From assembly GCA_964016885.1 (NCBI GenBank), contig OZ024746.1:83080001-83144000 (forward strand): DNA of 64,000 nucleotides, read 5' to 3'. Every line of letters begins with the position of its first letter. Position 1 is the stretch's first letter. The notes beneath the pieces are model-generated. The model was not told the origin of the DNA and ran no database searches. It was given only the letters and a program-made list of their open reading frames with translations. The translations under genes and the position numbers were made by a program. Shown here in pieces: positions 43,457 to 59,114 of this stretch. Source of the DNA: Eledone cirrhosa. Its lineage: Eukaryota.

Positions 43457-43521
43457 CTGCCTGAAGAGGTCACAGCCAATAATGGCTGTCAGCGAAATAT
43501 ATATATATATATATATAGCAG
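43457..43521 (+). ncRNA. Hammerhead ribozyme with (UA)10 stem III
   Basis: cugc CUGAAGA ggucacagcc-aauaau-ggcugucagc GAAA (UA)10 gcag, then AAUAAA about 10 nt downstream. Confidence 0.75.
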
Positions 43522-43661
43522 AGAATTTATAATAAACGAAGCAAAATTTTACATGTTTGACTTACTTATTTTACTTTACTTCGGAGTAAACAAACCAACC
43601 TGCGTACTTCGTCGAGTGCTCCAATCTGCTTACTGAGGTGTCGGTAAACAACCAACATATA

Positions 43662-44045
<384 letters not shown>

Positions 44046-44048
44046 TAT

Positions 44049-44213
44049 AAGTATTTCCGCAACAGTTAGTAAACCATATCCGGGGACAATTTGTTTCATC
44101 TTAACGGATCATTGGAAATGGTTTATTAACTATTGTGTAACTACTTCTACCAAACTCGTTCCATCGACTGAGTGTTCTACTACTGCGGATATAACCCACC
44201 AGTGTTCTGCCAC
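44049..44213 (+). mobile_element. Fold-back mini-element, family K, in (TA)n
   Basis: Diverged arms of about 33 bp; minus-strand GAAA-CAAATTG-TC; 65-bp tail. Confidence 0.6.
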
Positions 44214-44322
<109 letters not shown>

Positions 44323-44597
44323 GCAATCCTACTTGTAGAAACGTTGGGCGTGTTTTAGAAAATGAACTTTTAGAAAATATGTTAGCTTAAAAGTAACAGC
44401 TTCACGGCAGGTTTTAGAGTATTATGTTGATATATCTACACACGTTGCACCGGAAAACATATGTATAAAGGCATAGATAGCTTTGAAACACGTCTGCAAG
44501 TGTTACAGCGGACTTGTTATAACATCACCAACACAAGTCACCAATCCACAAGTCTGTCATCTCACTATCACTCACCTTCATATACTTCTTATCTAGT

Positions 44598-44634
<37 letters not shown>

Positions 44635-44899
44635 CCTGAGTATATATGTGCGTGTGCGAGTCTATGTATTTTGTTTATTTGTTTATTTGTTTATTATTCT
44701 TTATGTTTCTTTATTTATTAATTTTTTTAAAAACTTCTTTCCAGGGTCGCTGTTTTTTTCGTTCGCTCGCCCATTTTTTTTTCCTAACAGCCATTTACAA
44801 ACGCCTCAAGACTGCAATAGCTATATATCATTTCTTAAAGAGGACATGCTGGCTCGTAACTCATCCATGAAGTGAAGCAAAATTCGTGGGTGTTTGTGT

Positions 44900-45030
<131 letters not shown>

Positions 45031-45143
45031 CCAGTGAGTGTCTGTGAAAGTAAGTATGTGGAAAGTAGAGACAGCAACAAAGAGAGAAGCAGTGTGGTTG
45101 TTTGTATGTATGTATGTGTGTATTTCCGTGTGTGTATGTGTGT

Positions 45144-45190
<47 letters not shown>

Positions 45191-45508
45191 CCTATGTATG
45201 TGCGTGTGTGTGTATGTGTGTGTGTGTATGCGTCAAATATGTGTGTCTGTGCGGGTGTCCATATATGTGCGTGTGTCCATGTGTATGTATGTGACGATGT
45301 GTGTGACGATGTGTGTGTGTGTCAATGTGTGTGAGAGTGTGTGTATGTACACATAAGTAGTCCATTGACAAATGTAACCCTATAATGATTCCCTCTACAG
45401 ATGCAAATAATAAACACTATATCCAGCTTTTTTAAGTCGCGTAATGACTATTCGTTAATGTTATTATAGCACGTAAAATCATAAACATACACGTTATATA
45501 TAAATGGC

Positions 45509-45571
<63 letters not shown>

Positions 45572-46018
45572 TTTATATGCATATGTATATATTTATATAT
45601 ATATATATATTCGATTTAAAAGTTCTCTCCCATTATTTTAGTCCTATTACATAGTTACGCTTGATTGACTAGATGCTAAAAATATTTTTAAAATGGAGGG
45701 GGATGAAGTATTAAGTGATATAGGGGAGAAATGGGGCAGACAAGAGAGGAAGTTATTATGATTATATTTCGTTATTTTATTCTTTAGTTGACGGGGTTGT
45801 GGAAAGGTTGGGTGTGTTAGATATTTTTACTTATATGTTGGTACATTTGTATCTGTAGTTGCAGATAACCATTAAATAGAGAGCAATTAGAGATTATATG
45901 ATCGTTGAGAAACAATACTTTCACAACCTCCTCGGAATTCTCTTGTAGTTTCAGCTTAGAAATTTTTTAAGGAATACACTGCCATTTACAAGCAATTTAT
46001 TCAAGTGTTTCAGACGAT

Positions 46019-46106
<88 letters not shown>

Positions 46107-46160
46107 ATAGATAGATAGATAGATAACTAGATAGATAGATAGATAGGGAGAGACAGCGAC

Positions 46161-46195
<35 letters not shown>

Positions 46196-46707
46196 TAAGA
46201 AAAAGAAATAGGTGTATTGCCATTTAAATAAACGAAGAGTGATAGGATATTTTTGTGCGTATAAACATATGTTTATATAAGTGTGTGTGTGCGCATATGT
46301 GTACGTGTATTTGTCTCCTTCGTGTGTGTATGTATGCATATGTACAAAATGTTTTTGTAACGATTTATACATACACATATATATAGATATTGTATCACAT
46401 TTTCACGCATATACACACAAATAAATATATGTGTGCGTGCTCGAATGCGTGTACATATGCATATGCATTTCTCTCTCACAAACCCACTCTCTCTCTCTGA
46501 TTTTTCTATCCGTTCTCTCTCGCTCTCTCTCTCTCTCCCTCTCTCTCTCTCTCCCCTCTCTCTCTATCTCTCTCCCTCTCTCTCTCTCTCTCCCTCTTTC
46601 TCTCTCTCTCTCTCAATCTCTCTCTCTTTCTCCATATATATATATATATGTGTGTGTGTGAGTATGCATTTATGTATTATATAGATATAGATATATACAA
46701 GTACATA

Positions 46708-46771
<64 letters not shown>

Positions 46772-46779
46772 TATATATG

Positions 46780-46813
<34 letters not shown>

Positions 46814-46866
46814 GTATATATTATATATATATATATATGTACATATATATGTATATATATATATAT

Positions 46867-46897
<31 letters not shown>

Positions 46898-46948
46898 TAT
46901 ATATATATATATATATATGTACATATATATGTATATATATATATATAT

Positions 46949-46992
<44 letters not shown>

Positions 46993-47199
46993 TATATATA
47001 TACATATATATGTATATATACATATATATGTATATATACGTACATATACACACATATATATATATACATATATATATACATATATATATGTGTGTGTGTT
47101 CACTATTATAAACATATGTTTATAAATATATATACAGACGTACAAAAATATTATATATATCTGCATTCATTTACCTAAATCCAACTATACCTATCTCGT

Positions 47200-47307
<108 letters not shown>

Positions 47308-47406
47308 CATTCTATCTATTTATATGAATATCTATGTTATTACAAATATGCATGTATATATGCATCTATGTATGACTACATGCCTGTGAAAATACATGTA
47401 TATACG

Positions 47407-47471
<65 letters not shown>

Positions 47472-47475
<4 letters not shown>

Positions 47476-47629
47476 TGAGATTCTACAGGACTAGAACTGT
47501 TTCATTCTTTAGAAATCATGAAACAGTTCTAGTCCTGTAGAATCTCATCTATATTAATACCTTTATACTCTACAATGTATTGAGTACCTTACTTACAGTG
47601 GTTACCTCCGATTCAACCCTGAATAACGT
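47472..47629 (+). mobile_element. Family A fold-back mini-element
   Basis: Reverse-orientation relative of 23441-23633, truncated inside the hammerhead. Confidence 0.85.
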
Positions 47630-47716
47630 ATATATATATACCAAATCAACTTTTCAAATAGAAGTCGAAGTTGAAAGGTATGTCGAATCTATCTATTTAT
47701 AAGACTGTTTATATTG

Positions 47717-47782
47717 TATTTTGTCTGAAGAAGGCATAACATATTTTTAATATGATATCCCTGAAATATATATAATGAAATA
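47717..47782 (+). ncRNA. Hammerhead ribozyme, family H (insert about 47641-47912)
   Basis: uauuuugu CUGAAGA agg..cauauu-uuu-aauaug..ccu GAAA UAUAUA UA augaaaua. Confidence 0.7.
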
Positions 47783-47909
47783 AATATGGTTTTATAAATA
47801 TAGTTTCCATTTATTTAATATCGTAAATATACTCCAAATACTTGTTGAGTGCTTTTATATCAGTTATAAATATTTACTCGTTGTTAACCCAACAATTTAA
47901 ATAAAACTT

Positions 47910-48000
<91 letters not shown>

Positions 48001-48005
<5 letters not shown>

Positions 48006-48277
48006 ATCAAAAGATGGTTAAATGAGTTCCATGTATTTTATTATGCGCATTTCAAAAACAAATATCATCATGCAATAACATTTGTGTTTTCATCAGATAA
48101 AATAGGAGGACATGATATGAAGGTTAAAAACACTTGCGCATAATAAAATACATGGAACTCCTTTAACCATCTTTTGATCTTATATATTATGTATACTCCA
48201 GTCCTACAAACTGTAGAGTGCTTCTTAACCGATATCTGCATTGCTTTATTGTACTACAATAAAACTCACCTCCTACA
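48001..48277 (+). mobile_element. Fold-back mini-element, family I, in (TA)n
   Basis: 49-bp arms 48001-48049 / 48135-48183 and 95-bp tail. Confidence 0.85.
48034..48104 (-). ncRNA. Type I hammerhead ribozyme
   Basis: Minus strand: uauuuuau CUGAUGA aaacacaaauguuau..augauauuuguuuuu GAAA UGCGCA UA auaaaaua; 8-bp stem I, long stem II, palindromic stem III. Confidence 0.85.
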
Positions 48278-48289
48278 TATATATATATA

Positions 48290-48356
<67 letters not shown>

Positions 48357-48659
48357 TTCTCTTTCTCTTTCTCTTTCTCTTTCTTTTTTCTCTTTCTCTT
48401 TCTCTTTCTCTTTCTTTTGTTTTCTTCTTTTCCTCTTAGAGTTTGCTCTTTCTTTTCTCTTTTTCTTTCTCTTTTCCTTTTTTCTTTTTCCATACTCCAA
48501 CGGCCTATTTTAAATCTACTGTGATTTAAACATATCCGACACTAATTTGCATAATAGATTAAATAAATTTAATAACCCCACTATCCGGGAGCTTCCAACA
48601 GAAATGGTCGCATTCTTTAAGGGTATGTCAATATTTATTTATAAAACTGATCTATATTA

Positions 48660-48724
48660 TATTTTATCTGATGAAAACGCACCATAATTTTACTTGGTGT
48701 TCTTGAAATACGTATAATGAAATA
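48660..48724 (+). ncRNA. Hammerhead ribozyme, family H (insert about 48530-48752)
   Basis: uauuuuau CUGAUGA aaacgcacca..ugguguucuu GAAA UACGUA UA augaaaua. Confidence 0.75.
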
Positions 48725-48751
48725 AATATACTTTCCATTTGTTAATATATC

Positions 48752-49057
<306 letters not shown>

Positions 49058-49119
49058 AGAGAGAAGGATGGAAAGAGATTGAGAGAGTGATAGAGAAATA
49101 TACAAATAGACAAATCCAA

Positions 49120-49169
<50 letters not shown>

Positions 49170-49333
49170 GGAGAGAGAGAAATTAGTCTGTGTGGTTACA
49201 ATATATGTGTGTGCATGTGTGTGTATGTACGTGTGTATGTGTGTGCGTCTGTGAGTGTGCTTGTCTGTGTAAATGTATGTCTGTGTGTATGTATATATGT
49301 GTATATATATACTTGTGTATATATATATACTTG

Positions 49334-49366
<33 letters not shown>

Positions 49367-49580
49367 ATGATTTATTATTATATACACCGTATTTTTACGA
49401 AGCCATAACGAGACGAGTATTGAGAATCATAAAACTAAATGGCGGATAAACGGCTAAAGAAAATTGCACTCTGCACATTTTTTCACATAAAAAAATATGT
49501 AACTCTGCATATACTCATGCAGATATAAGTATACATTACTAATAAAAATCCATTGCTCACTGCATTTATTTTTTAGTTGC

Positions 49581-50264
<684 letters not shown>

Positions 50265-50265
50265 C

Positions 50266-50322
<57 letters not shown>

Positions 50323-50563
50323 CATATATATAAATGTGAACATATATAGCTGAAAACTTTTTTAAACATATCAAAATATGATCTATTATATGTGTGTGTA
50401 TGACACATAGAGAGAAAAAGTGGGTGGCGGATGAGAGTTAAAAGTTTTTTTTAGGAAAATATCCGTATTTTTAATTTTGAATTATAATATAGCAATATAT
50501 ATGTGTGTGCGCGCGTATGAATGTGTTTATATATGTAAGATTGCATTTATTTATTCATCTATT

Positions 50564-50641
<78 letters not shown>

Positions 50642-50644
<3 letters not shown>

Positions 50645-50951
50645 CTCTTTCTCTTAATTTCGAGTACATTTTTTACCGGCCACCTTCCTGGTGGCAAGGT
50701 AGTAAAAGAAAAGAAATTGTCATCCCTTGAATCGCAAGAATGTTTTGCAAATTTTGAGGGTGCCAGCTATCGCAGCCATTTCTATACTATGAATTAGAGA
50801 GCTGCGTTCTTTGTCCACAAATCCAAGTTCAGTTATATTTTGGTCCAAGCGGGTTGGTATATAACGTGTAGCTCCAATAATGATGGGTCTGAAAGAGAAG
50901 CTGTATCTTGGACACAGAATCTGCAAACTCCTCATCAATGGTCCGTAGATG
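50642..50951 (-). pseudogene. 3' end of a restriction-like-endonuclease non-LTR retrotransposon (R4/Dong-like)
   Basis: YGPLMRSLQILCPRYSFSFRPIIIGATRYIP...LGF...AAIAGTLKICKTFLRFKG*; flanked by (TG)n and (TATG)n. Confidence 0.7.
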
Positions 50952-52269
50952 TATGTATGTATGTATGTATGTATGTATGTATGTATGTATGTATGTATGT
51001 ATGTATGTATGTATGTATGTATGTATGTATGTATGCATGCATGCATGTATGTATGTATGTATGTATGTATGTATGTATGTATGTATGTATGCATGTATGC
51101 ATGCATGTATGCATGTATGTATGTATGTATGTAGTTATAGGAATAACCAAAGAGTGCTTAGAAATACATTGTATGTATGTATGTATATATGTATGTATTT
51201 ATGTATGAATGTATGTATGTATGTATGTATGCAACAATATGAATATGTAAGTACATTTACGAACTGAAAAAAATGTGAACTCAATACATTGTGTAGAGTA
51301 CCGTGTGTGTATGTGTATGTGTTTGTGAATGGTTAAGGAGTTCCCTTACACAGTCTTTTCGATCTCACTTGTTGCCATCTTAGCATTTGTTAGATTCCTA
51401 TCGCCTAGATTCCTATCATTGTGAATGAAATTTGGTAGACGTAAACTGGTTAGATGCCCATCGGATAGACTGTGCCGCCTATAATTGAAATGGCAAGTTT
51501 TGTCACACGGATTCTCATTTGAAATTATGTTAAGTGTGCGTCAGTCTGCGGAATACTCGGTCATTTACACGCTATATACACATATAAACACATGTATATA
51601 CAGATTGATCTCCCTTACCATCCTCCGGGCAAACGCCTTCTCTATTCTGTCCGCCGGGGCCATGTGGCGGCCAGCACGTGGGACCCCATTTGCTCATAAT
51701 AGTGAGAAATGGAGGCGATGACAGTGGGAGCTCGGCTCCTCTGTGTTCGGACCTGGTGTACGTGTATGTGCATGCATAATGTCTTATCATGTTTGACTTG
51801 CAGATATAAGGCGTTAATTCAAACTTACTATTTATAATGTACTCCCACACTCTGGTGGAATATATTTTATGGTAGCTCTTCTTAATGAGGCCTGATCTGG
51901 GACCATACAACCTTTACACCAACATTAATGATAACACCCTTCTGCTATCATCCATCATTAACATTACCAACACCACCATCCTTAACTTCAACGCAAACCT
52001 AACAAACACCACCAATACCACCACCACCACCACCACCACCACCACCACCACCACCACCACAAATTCGTCACTGTCACCAGCATCACCACCAATACCACCA
52101 CCACCACCACAAACACGAATTCGTCACTGTCACCAGCATCACCACCACCACCACCATGAACTCGTCACTATCACCAGCATCATCATCAATAACACCTCTA
52201 ACATGTTACCACCACCACCACCTCTATCACGTCACTATCACCATCATCACCACTACTTCTACTAACATC

Positions 52270-52817
52270 ATTACCAACACCACCACCAATAACAAACACC
52301 ACCACCAACACCACCATCAACAACAAACACCACCACCAACACCACCATCAACAACAAACACCACCACCAACACCACCATCAACAACAAACACCACCACCA
52401 ACACCACCATCAACAACAAACACCACCACCAACACCACCACCAATAACAAACACCACCACCAACACCACCATCAACAACAAACACCACCACCAACACCAC
52501 CATCAACAACAAACACCACCACCAACACCACCATCAACAACAAACACCACCACCAACACCACCACCAATAACAAACACCACCACCAACACCACCATCAAC
52601 AACAAACACCACCACCAACACCACCATCAACAACAAACACCACCACCAACACCACCATCAACAACAAACACCACCACCAACACCACCATCAACAACAAAC
52701 ACCACCACCAACACCACCATCAACAACAAACACCACCACCAACACCACCATCAACAACAAACACCACCACCAACACCACCATCAACAACAAACACCACCA
52801 CCAACACCACCACCAAC
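52270..52817. repeat. 31-bp minisatellite CACCACCACCAACACCACCATCAACAACAAA
   Basis: About 17 units. Confidence 0.9.
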
Positions 52818-52929
52818 AGCAAATTTAACCATTCATTGGTAAAACGATTACTGTTGCGTGTCTGACATTTTCCAACCACTTACCTTACTCCTGTGCCATC
52901 ATTTTTATATTCAGACTTTAGAAATATTT

Positions 52930-53268
52930 CCTCTTTTACTCCTCTCTTTCTCCTCTCTTTCTCCCTCTTTTCTCCTCTCTTTCTCCCTCTTTTCTCCACT
53001 CTTTCTCCTCTCTTTCTCCCTCTTTTCTCCTCTCTTTCTCCCTCTTTTCTCCACTCTTTCTCCTCTCTTTCTCCCTCTTTTCTCTTCTCTTTCTCCCTCT
53101 TTTCTCCACTCTTTCTCCTCTCTTTCTCCCTCTTTTCTCCTCTCTTTCTCCCTCTTTTCTCCACCCTTTCTCCTCTCTTTCTCCCTCTTTTCTCCTCTCT
53201 TTCTCCCTCTTTTCTCCTCTCTTTCTCCTCTCTTTTCTCCACTCTTTCTCCTCTCATTCTCCTCTCTT
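52930..53268. repeat. 11/22-bp CT-rich minisatellite
   Basis: CTCTTTCTCC(C/T)TCTTTTCTCC units. Confidence 0.9.
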
Positions 53269-53417
53269 TACAGATTTTCATCGCCTAATTCTTACTCTTA
53301 TAACGTTCTTGGGATTTAAAAAAAAATGTTTTTCTTCTTCTTCTTCTTCTTCTTCTTCTTCTTCTTCTTCTTCTTCTTCTTCTTCTTCTTCTTCTTCTTC
53401 TTCTTCTTCTTCTTCTA

Positions 53418-53448
<31 letters not shown>

Positions 53449-54261
53449 GTAGTAGTAGTAGTAGTAGTAGTAGCAGCAGCAGCAGCAGCAGCAGCAGCAA
53501 TAGTAGTAGTAGTAGTAGTAGTAGTAGTAGCAACAGCAGTAGTAGTACTTGTTCTTGTTGTTGCTGCTGTTGTTGTTGTTGTTGTTGTCTCCTCTCTTCC
53601 TCGCCATCAAACTTCATCATTTCTCTTGTCTACTTTGCTCCTTAAAAAACATTTCTCAATATTTCTCGCTTTAAACCTTCACAGCCGCTCTTCCCCCCAA
53701 ATCCTTCCCATCCTCTATTTCAACAACAACCTCTATTTGTCTTATACATTTTTTTTTGTTTCTATAGCTTTCAATGCCTTGTCTAATATGTAAACTAAAA
53801 ATTTCTGTAATATAGAAATTATCTGAACAGAGCCAGCAATAATGGCGATGAACTGTGGCCCAAGGGTGATAGCTTCCCTTTTTCAATAGATATTCAATTG
53901 AAAGTAATTTCCATTCAAATATTTCTCTTTCTTTTTATTTTCTTTCTTTCATTCCTTCTCTTTTACAAAATGGACGAATAGACATTTTGTGCTAATGTAA
54001 TGAATTTTCTTTATTTATTTATCTATTTCATTTACATGTGACACGAATGAAAAACGAGTTGCTTAATGCTTCCATCTGTAAACGGTAGTCTGAAGTGTCA
54101 GACTAAGAGAATTGTTGAAGTCGGCAACGAAAGACAAATCTCGGATTAATGCCAAATCGCGCGAGAAAAAAAAAAAAATGAGATATATGAATAAAAAGAC
54201 CAGCAGAAATAAATATAGATGTGAATACAAGAAAAAAACAAAAACTGGTTAAACGGTGTTT

Positions 54262-54296
<35 letters not shown>

Positions 54297-54504
54297 AAGC
54301 AGCAGTAGCTGCAGCGGCAGTAGCAGCAGTAGCAGAATGGGAATAAAAAAAAAGAAATGAATAAGAAGCAATTAATTTGAAATCTTGCTAATCTAGGAAA
54401 AGTGTTTTATTGCGTAAGATATGTTTAGTTGATAATTGCACGTAACCGAAGGATTAAGAAAAAAAATTTATATTTTTTCTGAATTAACTTAAAAGCAAAT
54501 AATA

Positions 54505-54815
54505 ATGGTTTCTGTTTTAGGCACAAGCCCAATAACTTTGGAGGAGGGGAAAGTCGATAAATCGACCCCAGTGCGTTACTGATGTTTTATTTTATCGACA
54601 CCGTAAGGATGAAAAGCAAAGCCAGCCTCGGCGGGATTTGAACTCATAACGTAAAGGGTCATAACTCTATTCCACAAAGTATGGTGTCCGACGCTTTACC
54701 GATACTGCCAATCCACCATAATAATAATAAAAGTTTCTGATTTAGACACAAAGCCAGCAATTTGGGGTGGAGGGAAAAGTGGATTAAACGACCTCAGTTC
54801 GTTACTGGTACTTTA
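54505..54815 (-). mobile_element. SINE S1 (full length, 54505-54718) plus a tandem partial copy
   Basis: Same motifs as the other S1 copies. Confidence 0.8.
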
Positions 54816-54899
54816 ACGCACTGGGGTCGTAAAAGTTTGGGATTTTAACATGTTCTGGAACATTCCGGTTGTATATATTTTTGTTGCGTCTATATAGAA

Positions 54900-55283
54900 T
54901 ATTTTTCTCTTGTTATAGCCTACCATGATTGAGATACAACAGTTTTGATAAGAAAAGTATCCATGATATGCATATGGATGATATTAAATTGTACACTACT
55001 GATGAAAGACACATAGAAACGCTGCTACAAATAGTACACAAATTTACAAAAGAAATTTATGAGATTTGGATAAGAAAGATGTGAAGATAATAAAATAAAT
55101 TAAAAGCAGTAATATCATACTAATTAAAGACTCTGGGATAAATGAATTAGAGCAAATACAGATCTACTAATACCTAGGAATCAATAAACTAAGTAGTGTA
55201 CAACGCACACAAATAAAAGAAAGGATTAAGGAAGGGTATTATAGATGCGTTAGATTAATATTTAAAACAGCTAATTGCAAACA
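54900..55283 (+). pseudogene. Non-LTR RT fragment (R4/Dong-like)
   Basis: HMDDIKLYTTDERHIETLLQIVHKFTKEI...Y*YLGI...IKERIKEGYYRCVRLIFK. Confidence 0.75.
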
Positions 55284-55289
55284 GAGTTC

Positions 55290-55910
55290 CATCTAGTAGA
55301 CATAGTGATGGGGAGAGTTTGGTGCTAATTGATATAGAGAGGGGGAATGGAAGAGAGTACAGTGTAGTAGATATACAGAGGGAGAGAGTTTGGTGCTAAT
55401 TGATAAAGAGAGCGGCTTAGGAAGAGAGTTTCGTGTAGTAGATATATAGAGAGGGGGAGAGTGTGGTGTTCATTGATATAGAGAGGGGGAATGGAAGAGA
55501 GTACAGTGTAGTAGATATACAGAGGGAGAGAGTTTGGTGCTAATTGATAAAGAGAGCGGCTTAGGAAGAGAGTTTCGTGTAGTAGATATATAGAGAGGGG
55601 GAGAGTGTGGTGTTGATTGATATAGAGAGGGGGAATGGAAGAGAGTACAGTGTAGTAGATATACAGAGGGAGAGAGTTTCGTGCTAATTGATAAAGAGAG
55701 CGGCTTAGGAAGAGAGTTTCGTGTAGTAGATATATAGAGAGGGGGAGAGTGTGGTGTTAATTGATATAGAGAGGGGGAATGGAAGAGAGTACAGTGTAGT
55801 AGATATACAGAGGGAGAGAGTTTCGTGCTAATTGATAAAGAGAGCGGCTTAGGAAGAGAATTTCGTGTAGTAGATATAGAGAGGGGGGAGAGTGTGGTTT
55901 TAATTGATAG
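55290..55910. repeat. 144-bp minisatellite (dimer of diverged ~72-bp subunits), about 4.3 copies
   Basis: GGAGAGAGTTT(G/C)GTGCTAATTGATAAAG at 55381, 55525, 55669 and 55813. Confidence 0.95.
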
Positions 55911-55989
55911 GGGTTTTTATATATATATTTTCTATGTATATATAATCCTTATCGAGCCCTCTTCGGAATTTAGACTTCACCTGTATTAT

Positions 55990-56031
<42 letters not shown>

Positions 56032-56199
56032 CAAAGGTGAAAATATATAACTCTATTTGTATGTAGAGAGTTATATAAGTGAGTAAATAATTGACAAATA
56101 TTTTTACACAGAACTCAATGTCTTTATGTATTAATGATTGGAATAAATGAGAGATACTTTTACAATTGTAAAGCATTAAACGAGTTAATTCCATGATAC

Positions 56200-56233
<34 letters not shown>

Positions 56234-56533
56234 ATACATATATATATATGTATATATATATATGTGTAGGGCTACCTCACTACTCACCACCATAGGCGCT
56301 GAGCTGGCCAGCTGCAGGTGTGAGCCCCGCGAGTCCTCACTCTTTCAGTCGGTTAAATTCGAATTTTCAAGTTTCTGAAATCTCTTTAATCATAGTGCCT
56401 ACTTTCTAAATATATTTAATGCATTGAAGCACTTGTATATTTCGTGTAAAACGTCTGTCACGCGAGAAAGTGAATGTTTATATATATATATATTATACAT
56501 ACATTTATTTATATATTCTCTCTCTCTCTCTCT

Positions 56534-56659
<126 letters not shown>

Positions 56660-56716
56660 AATGGTTGCATTCTTTAAGGGTATGTCAATATTTATTTATA
56701 AAACTGCTCTATATTA

Positions 56717-56781
56717 TATTTTATCTGATGAAAGCACACCATAATTTAACTTGATGTCCTTGAAATATGTATAATGAAATA
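56717..56781 (+). ncRNA. Hammerhead ribozyme, family H (insert about 56660-56820)
   Basis: uauuuuau CUGAUGA aagcacacca..ugauguccuu GAAA UAUGUA UA augaaaua. Confidence 0.7.
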
Positions 56782-56815
56782 AATATCGTTTTATAAATAT
56801 AGTTTCCATTTGTTA

Positions 56816-56979
<164 letters not shown>

Positions 56980-57515
56980 TTACTTTAAAGTTATAATTTA
57001 TCTATTTTAATTTTATTTTGTGAATATTATTCTTTCTTATAAATTCATTTGTAGTGATTTAATTTCCTTTGAACTTAATTTAAATTTAAATCGTTTATAT
57101 AGTTTGCTTCGTTTTGTTTCACAAATGTATTTTCGTCTCTTTTGTTTATTCCCGCGCTACTCGGCCGATGCTTTCAATTGTCTTTCTCTAAAGAACCCAT
57201 TTTTATTGGCTACACAAGCTTTTATCTCTTCTCTTGTTATTTACGAACATTGTTCTAATGGAGACGTTTGTCGAATCAATAATAATTAGAACCGACTCTT
57301 TAACTCGTGTTTATCGCACCAAATAATTCCTATCCTTTTGTCTATCAGCTAATTTTCAAGATGCCGCATTCACTAGTACTGAAGTCGTATCAAATTAAAA
57401 TTTCTTATTTCATAGATCAATAATCATTATAATTAAACTCCCAACGCATTATTAATGTCGGTAAGATTTCTGGCAAAAATATTCTCAGTAATGATGATAA
57501 TGGTAATAATAATAA

Positions 57516-57577
<62 letters not shown>

Positions 57578-58770
57578 GCTCTACTTATTTTGATGGTGAT
57601 GATGATGTTGTTAATGAGGATGACAATGATTAGGATGATAATGATGATAACGGTGATGATGATGATGAAGGTGATAATGATGATAATGATGGTGATAATG
57701 ATGATAATGATGATAATGATGATGATAATGATGATAATGATGTTACTGATAATGATGGTGATGATGATCATGGTGATAAATCTTGATTACTATTACAGTA
57801 GAATTATCGCTTTGTAATTCTAATTATAAGAAAATAATAACATTTCCCTATTGATTGCTGCTATATTCTCATCATCTGGAGGTTATACTAATAGCATACG
57901 ATCATACTTAATGGGGGCTTTATTTTATTTTAATCTATTTACTGTAAGACCAATAGAAACAATTAAGCAAATCATTAATGTCGATTGAACCTCATTAATA
58001 TACAGCTTTGTTAGGTTTTTTTAAAAATTGATATATATTATTTTCTTGATATATACTTTTTATTTATATGTTACAATTTTTCTTTGCTCTTTTGATTACA
58101 AATAAGGAGGTATAATGGAGAATCGGTTGAACGATATATCGATATATTTAATTTCTATGTCCTCTTGCATTCTGAGTTCGGATCACCGTACTAAATTTTA
58201 CCTTTTATCATTCATGTAGTCGATAAAATAAATATCAGTCAAGTATCGATTATACCTTATCGTAAAATATGTGGTATTTGTGTTTACGTTAGATAACATT
58301 ATTGAATACAGGAAGTAATGGTAGATAACGGAATCAAAAGATTGGCTGAGAAAACATCTTGTGGTATTTAGTTATGATGTCCCACTATGTATTTTATCAC
58401 TTCTAGCTCGATAAAATAAGAACCAATTGTTGTTTTGCTACAGACTTTTCCTGATCGAACAGTTTTATGTCCAAATCAACCTTCTTTGCTGCCATGTATA
58501 ATCATATACAAAACAACATTGTTTAGTATACCGGTCACGGGATCTTACAGAGGCGTCCTTCATTGGTTCGGATAAAAACCTATTGGCTATGTCCTATCAC
58601 AAAATTTCTTGCTTGTGTTTCAGAGGATTATTGAATACAAGTAAAGGAACAAATCAAAAGATTAAAGTGACTTTATCGCCATAGGGTCTCAGAGAAACTT
58701 CACAATGTGTTATATATTTTGATTAAAAATAAATTAGTAAAATTTCATATAAAATTGATTGTGACTAAAG

Positions 58771-58897
58771 CTGACAGTAAGATATACGAATCTTAGTTAT
58801 AATTAGTTTGCACTTCAAATCTGTAAAATTAATTATGATTAAAACTGACAATAAGATATTGGAATCTTAGTTATAATTATTTTGCACTTCAAATCTT
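58771..58897. repeat. Tandem duplication (74-bp period)
   Basis: CTGACA.TAAGATAT..GAATCTTAGTTATAATTA.TTTGCACTTCAAATCT x2. Confidence 0.8.
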
Positions 58898-59114
58898 TGC
58901 ACTTTATAGTTTCAGTTTTCCTGTTACTATCTTTTATACATGGTCTTTCAATCAGTGCCTGTCGCCAACAATCTTCCACCATTACTTCCACCATTACTTC
59001 ACACATACACACATGCTAACACACATACCCATACACTCACACACACATGCACCGACACACGTACACACTCACACACCTACACACGAACGCACATACACAG
59101 GCACACACACAATT

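Noticed and set aside
44770-44880. Strong splice-acceptor-like TTTTTTTTCCTAACAG
   Set aside because: All frames stop within about 90 bp and there is no convincing donor.
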